Under the pieces are notes generated by a model. The model saw only the letters and a program-made list of their open reading frames with translations. It had not been told where the DNA came from and made no database searches. Shown here in pieces: positions 11,423 to 24,069 of a stretch of DNA of 64,000 bases. The translations under genes were made by a program, and so were the position numbers. The number at the start of each line of letters is the position of its first letter. Within the stretch, counting starts at the first letter, position 1. The stretch spans positions 16,058,001-16,122,000 of the forward strand of contig CP075495.1 of assembly GCA_021613535.1 (NCBI GenBank). Reading direction: 5' to 3'. The DNA is from Adineta vaga (Eukaryota; Animalia; Rotifera).

Positions 11423-14400
11423 TTAATCACATAGATTCCACCGCTCCACTAGTGGAACGATGACATCCATCGTAACTTGTTTTGTTAATGTTGTTTTCTT
11501 CGCATGTTGTACAATGAATGTTTTTCTTCCTAATTGTTCGATAATTCGAAATGGACCTTCGTACCTAACATCGAATTTGTTTCGAAAATTTCTGGTTTTA
11601 ATCAGGACTAAATCATTAATTTGGATTGATAATTCTTGTCGATGTTGATCATATCGAGTCTTATATTGTTGCTGAGATTTTTGAATGTTTTTTCGTGCAT
11701 CATCTGTTAGTTTTTCAAGGTAATTTCGAAGTTTTTCTCCGTGTTCAGTGTCGTTCGTAAGTGAAATAAGTGTCCGTTGTTGATCGAATGGAAGACTAGC
11801 TTGTCGACCGTACATCATTTCAAATGGTGTATGTTTTGTTGTTGCATGTACAGATGTATTGTAATTAAATGTAACAAATTGTAATATTTCATCCCAATCT
11901 GTACGTTGATCATTGCATAATGATGCTATTTTCCCATCCATTGTTGCATTAAAACGTTCAATTTGTCCATTTGTTTGTGGATGATAAGCTGTTGTATATA
12001 AATGAGTGACACCAAGTTTCTTGAGTAAATTGTTCGTTGTTTCTGCTGTGAAGTGAGTACCATTATCAGTTAAAATGCATGTTGATGTTCCATATTTCAA
12101 GATAACATCGTTGGTAAGGAAATCAACTGTTGTTTTTGCTGAACAATCACGCACTGCTTTTGCTATAACGAATTTTGATAGGACGTCTGTTAATGATTGA
12201 TGTATCGATTGTCTCGTCGTGATGTTGGATTTATTGGACCATAAAAGTCCATGCTTAGTCACTTCCATATTCCATCGGGTGGTGGTATTGGTTGTAATTT
12301 GCCTGGTGGTTTTTGACGACGATGATTGTTCTGTGCACATGGTAAACATGAATTTATATGATTTTTAATATCTGCTAACATTGTTGGCCAATACTAACGT
12401 TCTTGTATTTTTCTTGTCGTTTTATCACGACCGAAATGAGCACCGTTACCAGGTGTATCATGATAAATTTTTAAAATATCAGCACGCATCCTCCCTTGCG
12501 GAACGAATGGTACTGTTGATGGAAGTGGTGGATTTTGTTTTCGGAATAATATTCCATCTTGAATTATATATTGTTTGTGTTTCTTCAGATTCATTTTAAT
12601 TCTCTTAACCATGTCATCTTCTTCTTGTTGTTTCATTAAGTTATCCATATCGAACGGAACGATCTTATTCGGATCATCGTTCGATGGATCTTTCGCTTCT
12701 TTCCCGTCTGAGATGAGCTCATTTGGTTTCTGTAATTTTGCTTGAGCTCGTGTAATAGCTGTTATTATCAAAGGTGATGATGTTTCAGTTTGTGTTGATT
12801 TTGTTTCATAACTAATTTTATCATCATTATCTTCTTGTGCCTCTTCCACCGGTGATCGAGATAGATAATCTGCCATGTTGTTTTTCTTTCCTTGTATATG
12901 CTTCACCTTGAAACGATATTCAGCTAATCGTAATCTCCAACGTTCACGTCTTTTGTTCAACTGTTCCTTGTTTGAAAAATTAACTAATGGTGCATGGTCT
13001 GTTTCCAGTATAAATTCATGTCCACGTAAATATTTGTCCCATTTCTCGACAGCTTGAACAATTGCATAACATTCTTGTTCAATTGTGGGCCAGTTAAGTT
13101 GTGTTTTAGTTAATTTCTTGAACATGTATGCTAATGGTCGATCACCCTCTGGAGTAATTTGTAATAGAACCGCACCTATTCCATCGACACATGCATCAGT
13201 TTGTAATTTAAATGGCATATTATCATCAGGTAAATTGAGAATAAGATCAGTTGTTAATATGTGCTTGAGTTAATGGCATGCTGTTCTTCCTTCTTCTGAT
13301 AATTCAAATTTTAATTTCTTGTTTCCTTTCTGTTGCTGTTTTAATGTTGTTGGTGAATACTTATGAAGTGGTGCAGCGATGATGGAGAATTTCGAGATGA
13401 ACTTTCGATAATATTCTGCAGCTTTGACGAATCTAAATGCTTCTTCTGCAGATGTTGGTTCTCGAGCGTCTGCTAAACCACGAATATTTTCGGGATCTGG
13501 TTTAATTGTACCTGCTTTGATAATGTGCCCAAGGAATAATATTTCTGGTTTTGCTATCTCACATTTGACAATGTTTAATTTGAAGTTTACGTCGTTCAAT
13601 AATGAGCATACTTCTTCAATGTGTTGTGCATGTTCAGGAAATGTTCGTGAATATATAATGATGTCATCGATGTATGCTAGCATATGTTTCCACCGATTTG
13701 GACCTAATATTTGATTTACAATTCGTTGAAATGTTGGTGGTCCATTGGTTAATCCTTGTGGTAATACTTTAAACTGAAAATGACCATCCTGACTAGAAAA
13801 TGCTGTTTTCGGTCGATCTGATTTGTCTAATGGTACTTGTAAATAACCTGCCTTGAAATCAAATTTGCTGAAATATGTTGCTTTTGTTAATTGATCATAA
13901 ATATCATCAATTCTTGGCAATGGAAACGCATCTTTTGTTGTAATTTGATTGAGTCGACGGTAATCAACACAAAATCTTGTTGTTCCATCTTTCTTCTTTA
14001 CTAATACTACAGGGGAAGACCATGGAGATGTTGAATGTTCACTAATATCATTTTGCAATAATTTTTGTGTTTCTTCACCGAGAACTTCTTGATCTTTATT
14101 CGATTTTCGGTATGGTGGTGTATGTATTGGTCGATGAGTTCCAGTATCAATTGCATTTTTCAAAGTTATGTCGATTTTTGACGGTTGTCTAATGTCAAAT
14201 AATTTGCCATATTTCCAAAGGATAGTTGTAGTTTGATTTCGTTGTTTATCATTAGCGATGTGTTCGGTTAGTTTTTTAATTTGTTCTCGTATTTCATCTG
14301 GATAACATTGTTCCCTAAGATGGTGAAATAAATCATTTTTTGTGACAAATCGTTGCGAACAACTTCGACACCGATGTTCACTGTCTTCTACTGTTGATGT

Positions 14401-15273
14401 TCGTAGGTTTCCTGATTGTGGATCTTGCATTTCGTTCGCTTCTTTTCCTTGCGGAATGCGTTCTTGAGAATAATTTGATGGTATAATAAGACTAACTGCA
14501 GTTGATACTTGTGTGACCACACCAATCTTCGTTCCTTCAGAAAGCGTTTGTTGTCGATTTGTTGCATTGATGATACCAATATTAACTTTTCCATCTTTGA
14601 CATTAAGAAGTGTACATGCTGTAAATAATGCTTTATGTTGTAGTTGAGGATTTGGTTCAAATAATGCATCGGATAGATTTCTTTGTTGTAGTTGTGCTTC
14701 GACAACATGTTCTGAAAATGGAAATAGTGTAATGCAGATAACCAGAGTTGCTGAAAAATTCAAAAGTGGTGGTTTAATAAAAGGAGTTGATACTTCTCTG
14801 CCTTGGTTTTTGATCATAATACGCTTTTCTGGTGTAAGAATATAAACATTGTTTGCTTGAATCCAATCGCTACTAAGTATTAAATTTGTGACGAGATCTG
14901 TTGCTACATCAGCTGTAACTTGTGTTGTAATTCCATTAATGTTGATGAATAATGATACTTCGCCGATGACGTTCACTGCTGAGCAACTTGCTGATAAATG
15001 ATTTTTTGTTCGTGGTATAAATTGTTTGTATGGGATCTTGTTTAATAGACGTTTGTGAATTATTGTGATGGCCGATCCTGTATCGATTAGTGCTTCTTGT
15101 GGAGTATTATTGCATAAGATTTTGACGAAGATTGGATTGTATGTTTCCGTTGTTGTTGCTGGTGTTGTAAGTGATGATGTTGATGTTGTTGTCGATGATG
15201 ATGACTTTTGAACTCCACAAGGATCGTCACCATCAAACAATCCCCTTATTAGAAAAAATAACGTTGAGGACAA
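11423..15273 (-). pseudogene. pol: pol (protease, RT, RNase H, integrase) with nonsense and frameshift lesions
   Basis: PR LIDTGS; RT RFCVDYRRLN...YIDD; RNase H LQTDAC...IEQEC...ETDH; IN HHCC, LTDNG, PQTNGQIER, YEGPF. Stops at 13270-13272 and 12394-12396, frameshift near 12200. Confidence 0.92.
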
Positions 15274-15967
15274 TCACGTATTCGATGATTTGACTGTCCA
15301 CATCTAAAGCACCCATTGTCCTTCTTGTAAAAACATTGCATCGTTGAATGGTTCGTTCGATTGCAGACTAGATATGGTTTCGATTGTTGAGATGTATTTC
15401 GCCGATCAGTTTGTCGTTGTCGTATTGTATTCGAACGTCGTTCATACCGTTGATATTGCTGATGATGGTTGTTGGATTGTTGCTACAGGTAATGTCGGTT
15501 CGAAATATGGTTTCTGTACTGCTGCTCGTGGTGGTGTATTACGTTGTTGAATTCGTCGTTGTATATGTTCTTCTTCCCTTGCCACCAACAGCCATTCTTC
15601 AGGTTTAGAGATGTTTACTTCATTTCGAATTAATTGTTCCTTTAATGAATACTTGACACCTGCTTTTAATACCGTAATAATTTGTTTTTCAGTGATCAGT
15701 CCACATGCTTTTCGATATTTGCGCATAACCGTGTCATAAAATGCTATAGTTGATTGATCTTCTTCTTGTCGAAGCTGAAAGAATTCTTGTACTAATTGAC
15801 CATCTGATGCAAATGTTTTGAATCGGTCTCATAATGCTTCTTCTGCTTCCTTCCAATCACCAAATGATGTTAAATTTCCTTGATACCATCGTAATGCTGA
15901 TTCGATTAATTTTCCCATCGTCAATAATATCTTTGTTTTATCTTGCATTTGCATTAGCGAGAATATT

Positions 15968-18113
15968 TGTTGTCCGATTCTTCTTTGCTGTGTGATTTGT
16001 ATTATAGTTATCTATACAAGAAATGTAGGTCGGTCAGTAGAAGAAAGGGTATGGTTGTGATCTATGACTAATTTCATAGAGTGAAGCCAAAAGAACATGA
16101 GAAAGAGGAATAGAAATACAGACTAATACATAATAAAATACACAGATTGTTTTGGATTCAGATAATATAGAAATGAATATAAATGAGACGAATTTCTACG
16201 GTAAGGTTGATGAATATATTAATTCATTAAGTGAAAAGTTTCGTGTGAAATCGGTAATAAAACAAGATGTGTATAATACTATTCAACAATGTTTAGCATT
16301 ACCGAGAGGTGTAGCAAATAGTTTATATTCTGCAACGTACACGCATTGGGTGAAACATATGTTCATATTAATCAAAATTGCTGGTATTGATATAGTGGCT
16401 TGTATCAAAACCAAAAAGCCTGTTTGTATTTATGAAAATTTTTATACCATAATTAATGAAGCACATATCAATATTTCACATGGTGGTCGAGAAAAAACAA
16501 TGTATGAATTAAATGTTCATTACTCGTGGATTCCTCGACCTTGCATTGCGATATTCTTGAAGCAATGTGTTGCGTGTCAAACACGCAAACCAATTAAGCA
16601 CCATGTGATAACAAAACCAATAATCTCTTTAGGTGTGATGACCAGACTTCAAATAGACCTTATCGATATGCGCACCAGACCCGACAAAATATCATCTGAT
16701 TTAACTTATTGTTGGATATTAAATTGCGTCGATCACTTCAGTGAATTCTCTTGGGGTTATTCACTGAAGAACAAATCAGCTGTTGAAGTAGTAACAAAAA
16801 TACGTGAATTATGTTTTACATTTGGACCACCCAAAATATTGCATAGCGATAACGGACGTGAATTTGTTTCTTCAGTTATCTTTGAATTGAAAGTACTTTT
16901 TCCTGATTTAGTTTTCATCCATGGTAGGCCGAGACATCCACAAAGCCAAGGTTGAGTTGAGAGAGCAAATGGGGTTTTGTGTGATGCTCTCGGCAAATGG
17001 TTGTCCACGAATAATACTTCAAGTTGGTCGTCTGGTCTATTACCGGTTATATATGGAATTAATACAAGAATGTCTACTGTTACTAAAACAAGTCCTTACG
17101 AAGTAATGTTCGGTCAATCACCTCGTTCTGACAGTGATTTCTGGAAATTGATTCGTGATAGTGGAATTGATGATGAAGAAGATTTACCTACACCTATTGA
17201 TGATGAAGAAGATGATTCTTCTGTATCCATTGATGTTAATACAATTAATTTCAATCAACCCATCGATGATGAAATTGTCGCTCTTGTTAATCAATTATCC
17301 GATGATGCTTCTTCTTCAATTGATACACAATTAACATTAAAACCAACAGCATATGTTCCTATATCGACTCCAACAAAACATGCATTGATTCGAACAGCTG
17401 CTTCAAATCACTACATGGCAAGTGCTAGTAAGAAGATGAAATTGTATGAAGATAGTTTGGTTGAAATGGCTACTAATTATAATGTGAATGATTGTGTTGG
17501 TATCGAAATACATTCAGTGGATCGTACAAACACAGATCCTAAATATTTACCATGTGTCATTGTTGAAAAGTTGTTACAAAATAATATTCATTTATTTAAG
17601 TTAATTTGTCAATATGGAGTTTTGACAAATACATTCGAAGCTGCACAGTTTGTTAATATAAAAGATGCTTGTTCAATCGAATTGAGAAATGTGGTTATTG
17701 GTAAGTTAAAACCAATTACTATTATTGAAGCGTCAAGACTTTACTCACGGGGCTCGACAACTGGTCGTACATGCAATTGCAAAGGTCAATGTGGAACAAA
17801 AACATGTTCTTGCAGAAAAGAAAATGTTTTCTGTTCTACCAAATGTCATTCGAAGAGAGGTGGATGTTTGAATATGGAATAAACAAGTTACAAATCATAT
17901 AACGTGTTCATTAGAATTCTTCATGAAATAAAACATTTTTTATAATTAATTCTCTCTTCTTTTCTTATAGAGAGAATTTCGATTTTGTCTAGTCAAAATT
18001 AGAATTGTAACTTTGCCTAACAATTCATTCAGTCAAAATTGACATTTCAATTCTGCCTAGTCAGAACTGAAATTTCAATTTTGTCTGGTCAAATTTCAAT
18101 TTTGCCCACAACA
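15968..18113 (+). mobile_element. Ginger2/TDD-like integrase DNA transposon inserted antisense into gag
   Basis: TGTTGT...ACAACA termini, palindromic subterminal repeats (TTTCAATTTTGTCTAGTCAAAATTGA-like) at ~17975-18105, and gag coding sequence on both sides. Confidence 0.75.
16173..17882 (+). pseudogene. KRBA2/SCAND3-like rve integrase with HHCC finger and C-terminal CXC domain; single in-frame TGA at 16953-16955
   Basis: H..HGGREKT...CVAC; QIDLID, HSDNGREF, PQSQG*VER; CNCKGQCGTKTCSCRKENVFCSTKCH. ORFs 16152-16955 and 16977-17882 are in the same frame. Confidence 0.85.
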
Positions 18114-18687
18114 TAACCATTCATCAATATCCAGTTCATTAGATTCTCCCGAATACTCATTAATTTTCTTCATAGCTTCCTGTTGACTGGAATGTAATTG
18201 TCGAAGCTCCATCGAGTCCACATCGTTCGAGGTATTTTTCGTTGCTCCCATCTCCATCGAGGTGTTTTTCGTCATCATATCGTCCGAGTGCGTTTCGTTC
18301 ATCGAGGTATTGCTTAATGCGCTGTCTTTCGTCATGTTGTATATAGACAAATTTTTACGTGTGTTTTTCCGACGTGTTCGTTTTGATGATTATGTTATTA
18401 TTTCGTATGGATAAAGGTTTGCACTGCTTCTCTTTGTTGTTCTTCGAATGCCGTCCACCGTGTTCGTATAGATGTTTTTAAAGGATGAAAGAAAATAAGA
18501 TATGTGAAGAATACTATACCTTCTTCGACTGAATGATTTCAGTACTTATAATTAATAATTGTACTTAATGAATTCACTTGACTCTCTTTCCGTCACGGAT
18601 GAGATAATAATCACTCTTTCCTGATAAAGGATGAGTTCAAAAAGACCCGGTACTTGATTCTTTTTCGATGGAATAAATAGAAAAAGA

Positions 18688-18702
18688 CTGGTCACGGCAC
18701 CA
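18688..18702 (-). promoter_or_regulatory. Primer-binding site, tRNA-His
   Basis: TGGTGCCGTGACCAG, 2 nt after the 5' LTR. Complementary to the 3' end of invertebrate tRNA-His(GUG) (...CTGGTCACGGCACCA). Confidence 0.85.
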
Positions 18703-18704
18703 AA

Positions 18705-18859
18705 TGTTAGCTCGCTTGTCGAGCGACTTTTCGTTTATTCAGAATTAATCATATCAAAAAGAGAAAATACATCACCTTATATAGAAAGAAGAGAGAGAGA
18801 GAGAGAAAGAGAGAGAACAAAGACGAACGTAAATCTGTCGAGGGTCTATGTCGTTAACA
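18705..18859 (-). repeat. 5' LTR (155 bp)
   Basis: Direct repeat of 8156-8310, adjacent to the PBS and followed by TSD GTCAC. Confidence 0.95.
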
Positions 18860-19959
18860 GTCACATATCCCCGATCTGAGGGATATGTGTCACTGCTGAT
18901 TTTATGTGTCATAATCATTCTTGAAGTCGTTTAATAAAGATCAATCCACACCCACTCTTTAAAAAAGTACCTCCCCCTTTCCGGCGTTTCTAAAAAACGA
19001 CCGGTCGAAAATTCTTGAAACTTTCTGCGTAGATACGTCTCGAATAGTACAGCAATAGTTCTTCTGGACACAAATTTGCCAGACCTCACCATCATGAAGT
19101 TCTATAGACCACAAGCTCAAAAACTGGCCTAACATTACAAAAGTTTCCCCCCTCGCAGATTCACAGATTTCATCCGTTTGAGCTGAAATTTTTACTCTAG
19201 TTAGCAGGATCCAATCGGTGGATGCTTTTACTTTTTGAAAAATCTCAAATAGTTTAGGCTGTAGAAGCAAAATATTGATCACGAGGAAATCTCTAGGTTT
19301 TTCGGGTTCTAAAAATTTTGTGAAGTCTGTCAAATCTGATTGGTAGGAAGTATCGACAAACAAAATCACCTTCAACCACCCTCAAGATTCGGATTCAGGA
19401 CCATCGATTAGCTATGGTCCACTAGCTCTCACGTTAAAAACGATTTCCATTTCTCACATTAGTACATAAAAGATATTGCAGTTGACTGTTATCAGCGCAT
19501 TCAATCTCCTTGTTGATTCAACTGTTTTATGCTCACAGAATACAAGTGCTATAGCTTCAGAAAATACAGTTATTTCGAATCTGTGTGCTGTGTTCAGTTA
19601 AAAATATAGGTAACGGGTGAAGTGAATATTTCTATTAATCAAACTTGGTCGTGTTCACAATACATCCGTAGCTGGTGTTTGTGCCTATAATAAAGTCAAG
19701 ATGTATATAACTAATTTATCACCATGGGTGCGTCAAAACGTATACAAAATGTACTCACAAAAAAGACGAAATACGACAATTCTATCATTTCTAAGGTTTT
19801 CGAGCGAGTACACACCTCGATATTAATACATGCATTCTTTCCTATCAGAATGAAAGATATCGTTTCATTCCAAGTACAATTTGTACTCGTATCCGCGCAC
19901 CCCTCTTTATCAGATATCATTGTTAATTCTTCTGTTGTATATCGATATTCATGACTTAT

Positions 19960-20897
19960 CCCAGGACAGACGTTTCGGACCCTTCCACACAGTTACCGTT
20001 AGATACTGACAGAACCCAACTAAAAATCTCGGCAGAATGGAAGCAGTATTCCAGACTGAAAAATCTCAGGCACGGATACGAAAGATTCCTGACAAAACTG
20101 ACGACCGACTTCCTTAAAGAACCCTACCGAAACCAACTATGGAAAACAAAACATAGACCACACTGTAAAAAAAAGCGTCGAATTACAAATCCTCGAAAAG
20201 GATTGATAGTCGCGACATGAATCCTTTTTAGGTTTATGAACGTAAGGTACCCTCTCATAAACCCTTGTTTTCATGGACGTTGGTAAGGGTTTCTTATACG
20301 TTGCACTTTCATAAATCCTTTAAGGTGGATGAGCATTCATTTACCCTTTAAGGGTATACGAAAGTGCAGCGTATAAAATACCCTTCTTATAATTTATAAG
20401 GTTAACAAACCTATAAAAAGAGTTGATTATTCTGCGCTTTTTTTTACAGTGCACTTCAGTACTTTGTCACTTATCGTATCACAAAGGAAGCTTTAGCGAA
20501 CGCGCAAATGAATCATCCGGAATCCAACCACTCGGACTTTTCCGTTCCATTCCAACCTTTTCCGGCTAGGTCCGACAGAATACAAACGGTTCCTAAAGGC
20601 GAAACCGAATAAAGCGATCTCTCCTATTCCCTTAGCCGACGCTCAGAAACTATCGGTACCAACAAAATCTAACAAAATCCTGCGTAAAGTAACCATAGAT
20701 TGACCCCAATCAGACTCAGGTATATTCTTAAATTTAGATATGAATGATAAAAAATCGGTTTTCAATCCTTTCAAGAATTCTTAACAGAATTCGGTGAATA
20801 CATGTACAAGCTTGGATAGGAGGGATGAAGATGAAATTGGGAATGACTATTCCTTAATAGGATCTGTTGGTTTCCGGGCCGGATTTTCGGACCTGGG
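19960..20897. mobile_element. Non-autonomous element with CCCAGG...CCTGGG ends, hosting a CACTG MITE
   Basis: Short TIR with TAT on both sides, and repeated TCGGA/TCCGA motifs internally. Confidence 0.55.
20161..20451. mobile_element. CACTG-ended (CMC/EnSpm-type) MITE; mirror copy at 41039-41329
   Basis: TIR CACTGTAAAAAAAAGCG / CGCTTTTTTTTACAGTG with 2-bp TSD CA. Confidence 0.85.
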
Positions 20898-23875
20898 TAT
20901 CTATTGTTACCGCTAATACTTCTTGATCGTGTCCTAGAACAATAAATGTAACTGCTACTAATGTTAATGAGTCAGTATCTTATTGTGCTTTGAATTTGAT
21001 GAACATTCATTATATTAATTAAACATTCGTATACAATTCTATTCAAGTGTATCCTAAAGAACTCAATGTAAGTAACAGGGAGGATAGCAATTTTGTCAAT
21101 GACTGCCCAAGTGTGCCTATCTCGCTTGATGCTAACAATGCGATGGTTTCGACAGATACATCAAAATGCTCGTCGACTGTTAACGTAATGGCTACGAATG
21201 GAGCGTGATTAATGTTTGTGCTGTTAGAATAAATCATGCAGTTGCATCATTTAATGGCGCAATATAGTACAGAGGAACCAAGGGAAAAGAGCGGAAACCT
21301 GAATGGCATGAATTTTGAAAGATGGAGCAGTTATTGGAACTTATTGTTTTGGAATTTATGGGAATTTCTGAATAACTACCACGTCTTTTATAAGGAAAAT
21401 GACTTACTGAGGATGAGAGGGCGAGAACGAGGAGTAGAATTAATGGTGAGGGTGCACTGAAATATTGATGTAGCTAATAAGTGCAAATAAATACTCTGTA
21501 GAGAATAAATCCTAATAAAAGAAATCCTAAGGACTCCTCTTCTTGCACTTACCTTAGGACGTTCATTCTCGATCTTGTTTCTGACACTCATACGCACCCA
21601 CACGCCTATTTATCTTTATTCTTCACAATCCCACTCATTCGAATTTACTATTACACATGCATAAAAAACTAGAGACATGCTCTATATGTAAGTTAATGTG
21701 TTTGTTTTTTGCAAGTTTTGTGGCATCAACTGTAGTATGAATGTCATCTCCATGTGGATGTTGTGTATACTCTCGATTTCTTGTAAATATTGTATTATCA
21801 GATGATGTAATGAGACAAGTGTATGAAACATCACATATGTTGCGTTCATTAGCCTATGTGGACAGGGTGCATAATGTTTGAAATAATGTCAGACCAGTAG
21901 TCTAATTTATTTGCAGAAACAGGTTTGATTGGTACGATGCATTGAGAGATGACAGTCACAGATGAATGGCTTTATAATTACCCTAGAAAATATTTTATGG
22001 TAAAGTTTATTCTATTATCTGTGTGAATAAATATAATTAGGGTAAGGAGGTGAATAAACGGACCTTTTTTCATATCATATAAGCACGCGAAACTGCTCTA
22101 CTGTGATTGAAATGAGATGTATATAGATCTACACAAAATATTTCACTTATTAGAATTCTGTCTCTACATTGTATGACTAATGTCATATGGTTAGAAATCG
22201 TTCTGTTTGTACAGAAAATTCAGGTTGGATATTATATCCATCTTTCAGTTGAAGTATCGGAATTTCAAGAGTATAAAACAATCAGACCAAACAATTTATT
22301 TTTGTCTGAACTATCCAATAAAAGGTAATCTAGGTAACTGAGAGCATACATTTTATTCAAGCCTTTCGGGGGCGATGTGATTTTGAAAAGTTTGCAAAGA
22401 GATTTACGAAACGGATTTCATACGTTGAATTAATCATTCTTAATTAGCACATTTCCATGCGTACTCTTTCATGAAAAAGATGAGTGTAAATATCTGCGAA
22501 AAATCTGTTACGCCAAAACATGTTCCAAAAACATTTTATTTTTATTGCTGACGAACGTTCGGAAAATAGAGTATTCGCCATTGGTGATCAACATCGTCAT
22601 TAAAGGGCTAACGAAGATTCGACTTTATACTGCGGATTATACAAAATTATTCCGATCCTTATAACAATTTAAAACGTTTTTATGCAAAACGAATTACTAT
22701 TGGCTTTGTCGAAAGGAAATCCGAGGAACCTTCACGAAATTTGCGGGTTGGCGTAAAGAACTTTTGTGCATTTTCTTTTTATTGTGGTTACATAGAAAGA
22801 TTCTTCTAAAATACGCGTGCAACAAGATAGAAGAAAATACTTCAGCTTTTATGATGTTGTTAAAATATTATGATTACTATTGCAAATAAGAATAGTAAAA
22901 GTCTAGAAATGTCAGAGTAACTAAATGTACGATAATGTGTAGAGCGAGATGTTAATTTTCCAGTTCCTTTTATACATGTTTATGTTTTCTAACAGCTCTT
23001 ATTATTCACTTTAGTGTGAAGATTCAGCTTATGAAAGGATAGAAGTATCGACAAATGAACAATTGTGCGTTGCTTGTTGGAACATTTCATTAGCTCGAAA
23101 TTTCAAATAATAAGAGGTTAAGTATGCCTGTGTCCATACCAAGGTGCACTTTTACTTACCTGCATATGAGTACAGAGATGAAAAAGTTAAATATTGAAAC
23201 TTTTTCATACTCCATGTGATAAAAAATACTTCTCATCGTATTGTTACTTTAGAGAACCATGTTGATAGGTCTACCGTACAGAAAAGGACACAAATATAGC
23301 ACAAGCTGATTGAAAACCTCTGTTCTTCCTTCCTCCTTTTGCAAAACGACAAATAAACTTCTTAGGTACAAGTTCTAATTATAAACACCGTTGCCATATC
23401 ATAACATAATTTAACAGATATGGTTGAACATATCTTTATGTAGTAGAACCATCGTTTAACCATATTCCCGTATATGACATAATATCAATACTTTACAAAT
23501 CGGCCTACTGCAACTCCGTTCCTTGCTCCAAAGAACGTATCTCGTAAAGTCAGTGTATTCATCCTTATTCTTCTTGTTATTTTATGAATGTGGAGTATAT
23601 TAGAACAAGATGCAATAAACTACAACGCTCTACCGCATTATACACAATTTCTAGTCGACTATTTAAGAGTAGCATCCACGTTTTTCCTTCTGAATATTAT
23701 ATTAGGATATCTTGAAATGCTGGTTTACCTGGTTTTAGTCGTTATTGAGATGAAGTTGACTGCCGTTTCAATTGTATCTTCAAACCATGTGAGGCAGTTG
23801 CTATGTTTTTGTTCGCTGATATCCATGGAAAGCACAAATCGAAAACCAAACTGTTCTGTTCAATTGTTTAGACGC

Positions 23876-24069
23876 TGTTAGTGCAAGAGCCTTAGTTCCA
23901 CCAACACTAGTGCCTCGACAGTGTTCTACCCGTTTTTGATTAATGTTAGTACAAGAGCCTTAGTTCCACCAACACTAGTGCCTCGACAGTGTTCTACCCG
24001 TTTTTGATTAATGTTAGTGCAAGAGCCTTAGTTCCACCAACACTAGTGCCTCGACAGTGTTCTACCCGT
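23876..24069. repeat. 68-bp tandem repeat x ~2.9; mirror copy at 37422-37615
   Basis: Units start at 23876, 23944 and 24012 and are nearly identical, with no unique spacers. Confidence 0.95.

Larger units (their letters stand above)
15250..18350 (-). pseudogene. gag: gag, split by the Ginger2-like element
   Basis: YSGESNELDIDEWL | IFSLMQMQDKTKILLTMGKLIESALRWYQ...LRQEEDQS...; two zinc knuckles (YLVCNRTNHSTMQC degenerate, CFRCGQSNHRIRDC). Contains a stop and frameshifts. Confidence 0.85.
8156..18859 (-). mobile_element. Full-length but decayed Ty3/Gypsy LTR retrotransposon (gag-pol-ORF3) with a nested Ginger2-like insertion
   Basis: Two 155-bp TG...CA LTRs, 5-bp TSD GTCAC (8151-8155 / 18860-18864), PBS, PPT, and pol domain order PR-RT-RH-IN. 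Confidence 0.95.

Noticed and set aside
11460-15608. Plus-strand ORFs overlapping pol and gag (also 30358-30879 and 54744-55624)
   Set aside because: Antisense shadows of real coding frames.
16953-16955. Selenocysteine or programmed readthrough at the integrase TGA
   Set aside because: A single substitution from TCA/TGT explains it. I identified no SECIS, and its presence in both arms only reflects the duplication.
18959-19375. 138-aa ORF (and mirror at 42114-42530)
   Set aside because: Non-ATG start, no motifs, and it lies in repeat-like sequence. Its recurrence is due to the palindrome.
8138-19383. GAGGGTG...CACCCTC-ended element hosting the LTR insertion
   Set aside because: Only a 7-bp terminal match with no TSD; not enough support.
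23876-24069. CRISPR-like array
   Set aside because: The units are contiguous and near-identical with no unique spacers, there are no cas genes, and the context is eukaryotic.
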